Assembly (NCBI GenBank): GCA_024626585.2
Contig: JANKJI020000002.1
Span: forward strand, 248,521,851 to 248,548,540
Source: Ginkgo biloba
Taxonomy: Eukaryota > Plantae > Ginkgophyta
Length of the DNA stretch: 26,690 nt
Reading direction: 5' to 3'
The translations under genes were made by a program, and so were the position numbers. This document shows, piece by piece, positions 12,647-22,025 of the stretch. The notes below the pieces were generated by a model. That model ran no database searches. It saw nothing but the letters and a program-made list of their open reading frames with translations, and was not told where the DNA came from. Positions within the stretch are counted from its first letter, which is position 1. Every line of letters begins with the position of its first letter.

Positions 12647-12825
12647 ACTCATTAAATGTACCTTGTTTGCCCTAATAAATGCAACTAGCATTTAGCAATA
12701 AATATGTGTTATCTGCCTTTAATAAATGCATCGAGGATTTCCATAAATGCCCTCATTTAATTCATTTATCTTATGCTCATTTGATGTGGCTTATTTTCAC
12801 CAATAAATGTGTCCTTGTTTCCAAT
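12647..12825. repeat. Dispersed repeat with periodic AATAAATG subunits, copy 1
   Basis: Aligns with 24844-25015: ctcattaaatg.acctt, gccctaata.atgcaactag, tttccataaatgcc.tcattt, tgctcattt. Confidence 0.75.
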
Positions 12826-13261
12826 GTTAGCACCCAAATATGCATCATTGATGTTGTAGTGTCAGTTGAATCTACTGAAATCATACATCTACAATTAATG
12901 TGTCCTTATTCCTACATTCAATGTGCTATCCCTACCATCATTTGATGATGTCATCATGCTGTCATCTCTACTTCATTATTGTTGCATTTATTGTGCTTGA
13001 ATTCAACCATAAAAAAGGTTGTTCTAATAAGTATCCTCTATTGCCACGTCATAATTTCATCCTAATTTGTTATCTTATGCCATAATTACGATGATTTTGT
13101 CATAATTGTTGATTCTTCTATGTCGGCAACATATCATTGCCATGTCACCAATATTTTGCTAACACCTCGATGGAAATTATTATATTGAGTGTCCTCACTC
13201 AAGTAATATGAGAAAAAAAATTAAAGGAGCTTAGGTATTGCACGAGGGTAACTAGGTGTCA

Positions 13262-14383
13262 GCACTACCCCCTTACCCATGAACAATTTTTGAGCTTCCT
13301 TTAATACACCACTTATTATTCACATTCAAAAGATAATACTGCATTGCCCTTGGTCAGATTGTCGTCACATTGGCCCTTGCCTTGTCCAAGGGGTAGTAGT
13401 GGATGATTATGAATAATAAATTGGAGAGTACTTGTTTTATATGCTTGTGAGATTTTTATAGATCTTCAACAATCTTTTAACTTTTTATGGATTTTTGTCA
13501 CCCCTAGTATATTGCAACACGTATATAGTACAAGGACCTCGTTGCAAATGATTAGTTGTGGTATAGCTTCATATGGCTCTTGTCTACCAATTTAGGCAAT
13601 GGTTTGTCGTCTAATTGCAGATGTTACATTGAACCATTTTCATTTACATGCTAAATTATTGAAGGCCTAAGCCAACACATCTTTAACTGACCAGGCTTAA
13701 TGCAAAATTCATTGTATAATAATAGCTTATTGCCTTTATAAAATGTAGGGACTCATATGTGGCAGTTGTGCGGCGCTTTCTACCGTCTTTTTCTATTTCC
13801 AATGTCCACAAGGCTAATGCACAACATACTTCCAAATATAATAGTTATTGCAAACATGCTATAATGGGCTCTTCTTCTCCTAGCTGACATTCCAAAGCAA
13901 CTTGAAGGCTAGGAATTTCAAATTCAATGGGGATAATTGCTTCTAGTCCAAACACCAATTGAAACAATGTTACCGTAGTTGCACGCTTAAATGTAGTGTG
14001 AATCGCCCAAAAACCGAACGAATTTTCTTGACCCAATCAGTGCGTACAACATTGCAAATTTTAGTAAGTGTTGCGTCTAATATCTTGTTGGAACTTTTTT
14101 GTATGGCCGTTGCATCATGGATAATATAGCATGGATTTATGAGTGTAATCATTCGTTAGTTAATTCGTTCATCACTTCATTAACGAATCATCCTCCTTGA
14201 TCACTAGCAATTGCAAGGGTCAACTAAAGCATGTAACAATCATTTTGTATAAAAATTGGGCTATAGTCTTAGCATCATGCTTGTATACTGATTGAGCTTC
14301 ACACCATTTAGTGATACAAATCTGTGGCAACTAGAATGTAAGGGGCACATGTTCATCTCGCTATAGGACTTATTAGTGCTACT
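13262..14383 (-). mobile_element. Degenerate Ty3/Gypsy integrase (core and C-terminus) plus 3' untranslated region, non-chromovirus type
   Basis: Motifs YILVATD, AKTIAQFLYKMIVTCF, DWVKKIRSV, WAIHTTFKRATTVTLFQLVFGLEAIIPIEFEIPSLQVA and KPGQLKMCWLRP. Truncated just after the first catalytic-Asp region at about 14383. Confidence 0.88.
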
Positions 14384-14386
14384 GCC

Positions 14387-14450
14387 GGAAATTAATGTTA
14401 TTAGGTTCACAATAGTAAGTCACGTTTATTAAATTCAAATTAGACATTAA
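14387..14450. repeat. Dispersed repeat (copy 2) at the junction that truncates the integrase
   Basis: Matches 8742-8825; similarity stops at ...gacatTAA|gagcgc. Confidence 0.7.
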
Positions 14451-14543
14451 GAGCGCAGTCCCATGCCGCAGGATACAGGAAACTCGTTTGCCCCCACCAC
14501 TCCTGAAATTTAGGAGTGTTTTCCTATAATCGGGTCACATGCA

Positions 14544-14708
14544 AAATATCAACACAATCGCTAAAGAAATATCAACACAATCCTGCTTTCTGTCCCACAG
14601 CTTTCATCGCTGCAGTGCACTGCCGGTGCAGGTTATATTATCAGAGCTAATCGATATATTACCAAAGCCTTTCTTCTGGAGTCTGGAGAGCTAATCGATA
14701 TATTACCA
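14544..14708. repeat. Cluster of short exact direct repeats and a palindrome
   Basis: aaatatcaacacaatc at 14544-14559 and 14567-14582. agagctaatcgatatattacca at 14643-14664 and 14687-14708. Perfect palindrome gcagtgcactgc at 14612-14623. Confidence 0.85.
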
Positions 14709-14894
14709 GAGCCTACGGCACGACAGCCTCCTATACCCTCTTCAAGAAATTTGAATGCTAGCTGGTTTTAATGTCTACCATGTAATCTACAAAAACAAAA
14801 CCAAAACCAGGTACTCAGATTTCCTTTTAAGTTCTTCTGTAGCCACCTAGTTCTCTGAAAATAGGTTTCTTGAGAATGTTAAGAAAGAACATGA

Positions 14895-15910
14895 AACACT
14901 ATGATAACGAGAAGAGAATGCAGGTAAAATTGTACATCACAGTTCATTTATATTGATTGAGCTTCCCCAAATACTTCTTACATAGCTAAAAAATAGTAGT
15001 TTCAAACATTAATTGTTGTTTATTGTCTCTGTACATTGCAATCAAGTTTGTAAACTCCTGTGAAACTCACAGCTATGAAAGTCATCAACCCTAACCTAGT
15101 CGCAGGGCATTACAATAACATGCATTTACAGGAGGCCAAAACATGGATTAGGCCAAACCTATGAACAATTTCACGCTCTCAAATCAACCCAAGTCTACAA
15201 GACAGTCCAAGCGATGAGGACTAAGCACTTCCACCAGGCTACTAAGCAAGAGTCAAGAATTCAGAAAAGTACCTTAAAAAGGAAAAAGAAGAAAAAATAA
15301 TAATCATAAAAAAAATAGAGCATTCAGAAAACTAAATACCTTCCTATGAGATACTACACATATAAACCCTTCATCTGACATTTCAAACTGTCTACAAATA
15401 AGATGTTCTCTATGCTGGATTCTCGTTGAATCAGAAATCTTATATATTGAATACAAATAGTAATAACATTATGATAACGAGAACAGAATGCAAGCAAACC
15501 TGTACATCACAGAGCTCACTTCTATTGATGAAGCTGCCCTAGATACTGCTTACATGGCTGAAAAAACTGTAGTTCCAAGCATAAATTGATGTTTATTGTC
15601 TCTGTACATTGCAGTCGAGTTCGTAAACTCCTGTGCAACTCACAGCTATGAAAGTCATCAACCCTAACCTAGTTGCAGGGCATTACAATAACATGCATTT
15701 ACAGGAGGCCAAAACTTGGATTTGGCCAAACTAAGTCTAAAATCAACCCTAAGTCTACAAGACATAGTCCAAGCAATGAGGACTAAGCACTTCCACCGGG
15801 CTAGCAAGAGTCAAACATAATGAACAAACTGAAGCATTCAGAAAAGTACCTTAAAGAAGAAGAAAAAATAATACTCATGAAAAAATAGAGCATTCAGAAA
15901 ACTAAATACC
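14895..15910. repeat. Direct duplication of ~445 bp with 570-bp offset (14895-15340 and 15465-15910)
   Basis: atgataacgagaa at 14901 and 15471; cattcagaaaactaaatacc ends at 15340 and 15910. Long shared blocks such as aactcacagctatgaaagtcatcaaccctaacctagt and gcagggcattacaataacatgcatttacaggaggccaaaac. Confidence 0.92.
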
Positions 15911-17697
15911 TGGAGTCTGTACTAAATACATGTACAATTTCCCCTCCCCTATTTTGCCCTGTTTCACTTTTGCACATTCAGTAACCTGAAAATAACGGGA
16001 AAGGCAAACAATACTACCATTGGTCTAAAATTGGCACAAAGCATATCCATTCTAAAAATAAGTCAAAAAAAAAACAATTTGAAAGTCGCATCCTTAAGTT
16101 TTAGAGGTAGATCCTACAGCAAAATCATATACCAATAAGTCCACTTTCTGCTGCCATGTATTTGGACACTGACAGAAGCAATAATCATCATACCATAAAA
16201 CAAACCCTGTTAGTTACAATGCCATTAAAAAATGCTATAACCTATCGTCTGCTGCAAAGTATTTATACAATGGCAGATGTGATAATCACTTTTCCCCCAA
16301 AACAAACAATGAAAGCTATAAACACCATTCACAAACCCTGTCAGTCATCATCTGCTGCCAACTAGTTTTAGTAGGTGGAATTTTCCAACTGTGGTCAGGA
16401 GGTCACCTTGACATAGTCATTTCATGCATATACAACATGGGCTGAAATGCCAGAGGACAATTGTACAGGAGCCATAATGCCAGTGGCCTAGGGAGCATAC
16501 CTTAACCACAGTCCCTTCTTTGCTCATTATTTTCAAAAACATGATGTTGGACATACAATCATATCAACCAGCCGAAGGAATTTTACCTAAGGAATAGTCA
16601 ATTTACACTGAATCCAAGACCATCTATGTCCTCATTCGACACTGTAAGGTAGAAAGTTGGTCCTTACCTAAATTTAGCTAGTGGGAATTAGCACCCAGAA
16701 TAGAAAGAAAACTATTGTAAGCCCAGCTCTTGACTTCTGCCTCGGTTATCTGTAATCATATGTCGTTTGGCCTCCATGTTGTGGACTATTTTGTGTTTGG
16801 ATCTGCTAAAGTGGGTTCGGACTAGTGGCAATATAAAACCTGTCAGCTATGTACATAGGGGCATTAGTTCCATTCTCACAAAGTCATGATAAATCCCAAC
16901 TTCAATGAAGGATGAACATGTTTGAGGAATGAGGCCTTTTATCCTCTGGGTTAATGAAATCAAGGTTTCCTGGAGACTATATTTGCAGACCATTTTTTTC
17001 CCACTATGTTCTTGAGTAAGCATTTGTTGGCTCAAAATCATATTCTTTCTATTTCTCTGGATTGTGCAAAATGTTTCCTTCACCATTACCATTCAGAACC
17101 ACCTCAAGAACTTACAACAACCACTACATTGCTGGGGAGTCATAAAGTCCGGCCTCCTTTGTATGAACTGAATTTTCACCGTCCTTTGAGAGAAATATAC
17201 TGGGGCCTGTTCCCAATTGTAAATATGTAAAAAACAAACCTCTCTGAATCCTGTGCATGCTGGCATTTTCAGAAGGTCTGCTCCTCATGTTTGTTAGTAG
17301 TTTTGACATGTAAATGTTCCAGTGGCTCTCCATTTCCTGAGGTGCCAAATATGCTTTTCTATGTGTAGTACCTGATAAGCATGTTCAGCTTTGATTGCCG
17401 TGACATTTTCTATTTGGCTGCCTGTAAGCTGTCATAATCAGAGATCTTCTAACATCTGATACCTGTAACTACTTATAAAATGCCCCTTTATCTAGTTGGA
17501 TTTTTTGGACTGTATTGGGTACTGTTAAAATGGTCTCTGATTACCTAGGCTGCATTGTGGAGCACTGAAATACTGATTCAAATCATAAATATGTTGCCCT
17601 TGCAATGGTTAGCATTGGTAGGGTAAGCAAGTACAATGCTTTTAGATTAACTATGTGACTGAAAGCAAGAGTAGGTATTAAGGAAACACATAAACAA

Positions 17698-17910
17698 ATG
17701 GATGTTTGGTCACCAGAAATTGTACAGGGCTTGATAGAAGTTTCTTGATATTGGGTTCAAAAACGTCTATAAATAGAATCCTTTATTAAAACCTTTGACA
17801 GAGCATAACATTTCAGAGAGATTACCAAAGGGTTTGCTAAAAAATCTAGTGGTAATCACAGAAATGTTGAAATGCTTTTAGTAAAAAGAACATCTTAAAA
17901 GATGTGATAC
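17698..17910 (+). pseudogene. Possible decayed Myb/SANT-like (trihelix) DNA-binding ORF, the Harbinger partner gene
   Basis: MDVWSPEIVQGLIEVS*YWVQKRL*IESFIKTFDRA*HFREITKGFAKKSSGNHRNVEMLL, then KEHLKRC in a shifted frame. Resembles the W-S/T-x-E-xxx-LI ... W/F-x-EI-xx-F ... K-xx-LK pattern. Weak, by-eye similarity only. Confidence 0.35.
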
Positions 17911-18344
17911 TATTAGCCTAAGCAATAAAATTTTCACGATGTAACTAAGCACCAGAATTGTCCATCAATGTAGCGGTAACAGTAATAAAAACTATGCACA
18001 ATGTTGCTTAAACAACTCATAAAAACAAAGCACAACATGGATATTATTATGCGTTTCAATGAAGCATTCCCTAAATGTCTAGATTGAGTAAGATTTTAAA
18101 AGTTTAGTCTGAATTCCATAAAAGTATTGTTCTATATTGAATAGCAATAGTTTGAAACCTCCTGACATTGAATGCTTAGTATAGAATGCATTTTTGTGGT
18201 TTGAACTTGTTCTTTAATTTATTTAGTGCAAGAAATGATATGAATAGTGCTACATATTATTATGGTCCCCATATGTTATGAACAATAGTAACCATTGCAT
18301 GTTTGTGAATGCAGTGTTGAAGGTGTACTTTGGTTGGCCAGATC

Positions 18345-19286
18345 ATGGACAAACATTTAAGGGAATCTCTTCATGCTCTTCTTGTAGCAGTATCTTTAAC
18401 TATACAGATATCATTGCAAGCATGGTTTATGCTTCAGGATACAACAAATGCCGAACAATTTATTGGGTCAATCAATCGTGTTTCCCTTCTATTTGATAAA
18501 TTTAAAAAAGGTAATGAAGGTGTTAATGAGATAACACCAAATGATCATATAGATGAAGATGTTCCAATGACTATTCTTTTTGCTAAATCCATTGTGGAAG
18601 AATTCATGTCGACATTAGTTGACATTACTGCATCCCAATGGGATGGAATGATTCAAAGGGAGTGGTATATCAAGCCTCGGTCATTGCACTGGTGGAACCA
18701 TTACATTTTTCATGTTCGAAGTGATGATCTTCGATTTCAAAGCATTTTTCGGTTGCCAATACAATTGTTCGATGAAATTTGTCAGCTTTTGCAAGACGAT
18801 TTATCTCAAGGTCAGATACCAATTTCATTTGCTATGTCTATAAAGAGCAGAGTGTTGTCAGTTGAGAAACAAGTTGCTATAGCCATTTTAAGATTGGCCA
18901 CTGGAATGACAATGCTCACAATTAGTGAACTTTTTGGCTGTGGGAAATCTACTGTGATAAAAGTGGTAAAAAAATTTGTATTATCTCTTAAGAAACGAGC
19001 TGGCAATTTGATACAATGGCCCACCGATTTGAATTCACTTCATCAGATTAAAGAGGGTTTTCGCCTTAAACAAGGTTTTCCAAATTGTTGTGGGGCAATT
19101 GATGCAACACATATTCAAATGGACCTTCCATATAATGAGTCATCGGTTGATTGGTATGATCGTGAGCACAATTATAGTATGCTTGTTCAAGCTATTGTTG
19201 ATAGTAATATGCGGTTCCTTGACATTTGTACAGGTTGGCCTGGATCACTCAATGACACTCGTTTACTAAGGAATTCTTCATTTTAT
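18345..19286 (+). CDS. ALP1-like: PIF/Harbinger-family nuclease (DDE_Tnp_4, HARBI1/ALP1-like), 3'-truncated by assembly gap
   Basis: 314 uninterrupted codons from the first ATG to the N run. Motifs RSLHWW, FQSIFRLPIQLFDEICQLL, LSVEKQVAIAILRLATG, ISELFGCGKSTV, GFPNCCGAIDATHI (first catalytic Asp) and YSMLVQAIVDSNMRFLDICTGWPGSLNDTRLLRNSSFY. The second Asp and the Glu would fall in the gap. Confidence 0.93.
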
Positions 19287-19429
19287 NNNNNNNNNNNNNN
19301 NNNNNNNNNNNNNNNNNNNNNNNNNNNNNNNNNNNNNNNNNNNNNNNNNNNNNNNNNNNNNNNNNNNNNNNNNNNNNNNNNNNNNNGTAGTAGTCGACCA
19401 TCATGAGTGATAAACTGAAGAGTACTCGT

Positions 19430-22025
19430 TTTGTTTTCATGTTTTTCAATTGTTTATGGATTTTCATTGTTTTCATTTTTTTGTGGATTTTTATCTCTTT
19501 CAACTTTTTATGGATTTTCATATAATAACCTAACAACTACAATACTACAACACATATATAATACAACGATCTTAATGTAAAGGCGATTAATCATGCTAGA
19601 GCTTCAAACAACTTCCATTTANNNNNNNNNNNNNNNNNNNNNNNNNNNNNNTAAAATGTACTTAATCAATTTCATTTATATGCTCAATCATGTAAAGCTC
19701 CAGCCAACGCATCTTCATTTTACTGGGAATGGTGAGAACTTTACTATCATATAAAAAACCTTATCTCCATTATGAAATGATGGTGCTTGAATGTGGCATC
19801 ATGCCATGCTTTCTATTGCCTTTTTTCTACTTCGAATGTCCATAAGGCTAATGCATGACGCTCTTTTGAATATAGTAATTGTTGTAAATGTTCTACAATA
19901 GGCTCCTCTTCTCCTAACCTGCATTCTAAAGCAACTTGAAGGCTAGGAACTTCAAATTTAATGAGAATGATCGCTTATAGACCATACACTAATTGGAACA
20001 ATGTCTCCCCAATGGCACAATTCTGCTTTGTGCATAATTCCCACAACACTAAATCAATGTTTTCGGCCCAATTTATCTATCAAACATCACAAATTTTCTT
20101 TGCATTGTGGGTAACAGGGGTGGACTTCCAATGCATAATCATGAATTCTTTTGTTAACTACTTCATAATTCCATTTATAAAATCTCCTCCTTGATCACTT
20201 GTTAATTGTTAGGGGCAGCCAAAGCATGTAATAATCATCTTGTATAAAATCAAGTTGTCATCTTAGGATCTTGCTCACGTATTGGTCGATCTTCACACCA
20301 TTCGGTGACGAAATGAGGCAAAACAATCCGACACAATTTCATCCTACAATAGGGTTGATTGGTCCTACAAAATCAATTCAACAATGCTCAAAAGTGATGG
20401 TGGTTGGAATTGGATGCAATGAGTGGTGCATTTGTCGATTAGGTTTTCTAACTCTTTGGTAGACATCGCATTTTTTAACCCACTAATTCACACCATCAAA
20501 TAAAGTTGCCCACCATAGTCCAATGTGCAATATTTTTCTCACCGTGGCATCAATGGCCACATGCCCTCCTCTCGGGCCTTCATAGGCCTTGCGAATGATA
20601 TTAAGGATGTCATGCAAAACCAGACAACAATGCCAAATGTGATCTATTCCTAACCAGTATAAGGATCCTCTAATGAGTTGATAAGGAAAGGCTTTTTGTG
20701 CAAGCCTTTCTTACTCCACCTTATCTAATCCTAGCAGTGTTTGCCCAATAGATAAATATTCAACAATGCTCATTTACCATTTTAGAATGGTTTCAACAAC
20801 ACAAAACAAGCTAGCATCCAAAAATCCATCAATAATTCCAATAGTGTCTTCTCCAATCTCGATGCAAGATAATTAATCAAGAACAACGTGATTCTTCCCT
20901 ACTTTCACAATGATTTTAAATGTAAACTCTTAAAACATTCGCATCCATTGGTTTACGCATCCTTATAATAGAGGCTTGTTTATAAGATACATTGGAAGTT
21001 GATAATCAACGTAAATGTAGAAGGGATAGGATACTAGATAAGCCTGAATTTCTAAATTNNNNNNNNNNNNNNNACCCTTCCCTCTCTATGATAGTGTGGT
21101 TTTTTTTGGCTAGGTTTAGATTTCTACTTGCAAAGTATAAAGTCAGATCAACGTTTCCTTCATTGGTTTGGGCTAATACACATCCAATTGCAAATAATGA
21201 GGCATCCACATGAATATCAAACATTTTCTTCTAGTCAGGGAAGCATAATATTGATGCATGTACAATCTTCTATTTGAGTGTCTCAAATGCTTCTTTTTGC
21301 TCTTCAGTCCAAACCCAATCAATTCCTTTCTTCAATAAGGCTTCTAGTGGATGAGAAATAAATGTGTACCCTTTTATAAACTTCTAATAGTATCTAGCCA
21401 TCTTAGGAGGAGTTAGGTACCCTATTATTAGGGCCACCTTCACCAAGTTGGTTAATAGCCCTTCTCTCATATTACATGGCCTAACAAATTGTTCAACGGT
21501 ACTAGAAATTGGCAATATTTTTTTTTTAGGCATCAATTACTTTTTCAGCATGTCTCCAACATTTCCTTCAAATGGTCGAGATGTTTGTTTAACACACTGT
21601 ATAATGTCTAATCGTCCAAGAATACCTCCAATTCTTTGCCAATATAGTTGTGAAAATTTTGGAGCATTATATGGTAAAATGGCATATGTGCATTAGTTAA
21701 TCCAAATGGCAATACGCAATACACGTACGTACCCCATTCAATGGCAAATGTAATTCTTACTTGGCCTTCTAGTGCAATACTGACTAGATTATAACCACTA
21801 AATCCATCCATATATGAGTATACCTCATGTCTCACCACTTTATCAAGTACATCCTCTATGAAGGAGATTAGGAATGGATAGGATCATCCCTTGGGCAGCA
21901 TCTTTAATATGGAAACATCTTGTAATAGTATTATGCCTATTATTGTCATTCACACATTTTCAATTGTCCCCAAAGGCCACACCTGAGACTGGCCTACCAT
22001 GGGAAGGGTATAATTTGCTAGCGTC
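19430..22025 (-). mobile_element. Degenerate Ty3/Gypsy pol (protease end, RT, RNase H, integrase), same broad family as 13262-14383
   Basis: Protease tail: MVGQSQVWPLGTIENV. RT: FIEDVLDKVVRHEVYSYMDGFSGYN, TFAIEWGTYVYCVLPFGLTNA, LEVFLDD. RNase H: FDIHVDASLFAIGCVLAQ, YFASRNLN, IIEREG. Integrase: EGPRGGH...KCDVYQR, IDFVGPINP, TSDQGG, FEVPSLQVALECRLGEEEPI. Many stops and frameshifts. Confidence 0.93.

Larger units (their letters stand above)
11833..13261 (-). repeat. Probable 3' LTR of the - strand Gypsy copy; low-coordinate boundary uncertain
   Basis: On the - strand, downstream of the integrase, a purine-rich tract GGTAAGGGGGTAGTGC (13277-13262) is directly followed by TGACAC at 13261, the expected PPT/LTR-start arrangement. 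The region is non-coding and contains segments repeated elsewhere in the window. Confidence 0.5.
14451..19286 (+). mobile_element. Candidate PIF/Harbinger DNA transposon (or derived locus); right end lost in gap
   Basis: Contains a Harbinger-family nuclease ORF and a possible Myb/SANT remnant. Begins right after TAA and has short subterminal direct repeats. No matching right TIR is visible, so the boundaries are inferred. Confidence 0.45.

Noticed and set aside
14592-14640. Plant snRNA-type promoter (GTCCCACAGCT resembling the USE, with TTATATTA ~30 bp downstream)
   Set aside because: Imperfect match to RTCCCACATCG and no recognisable snRNA sequence downstream.
15086-15100. caaccctaacctag as a telomere repeat or telomerase RNA template (also at about 15659)
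   Set aside because: A single imperfect unit per copy, with no array and no supporting promoter or terminator; expected by chance.
16847-17348. Minus-strand ORFs as the Harbinger second gene
   Set aside because: No Trp-spaced Myb/SANT pattern or other family motif is recognisable.
19287-19406. C-terminus and stop of the 358-aa ORF as given in the track
   Set aside because: It is read through a 100-N gap. The sequence after the gap belongs to the Gypsy 3' region, so the stop is an artefact.
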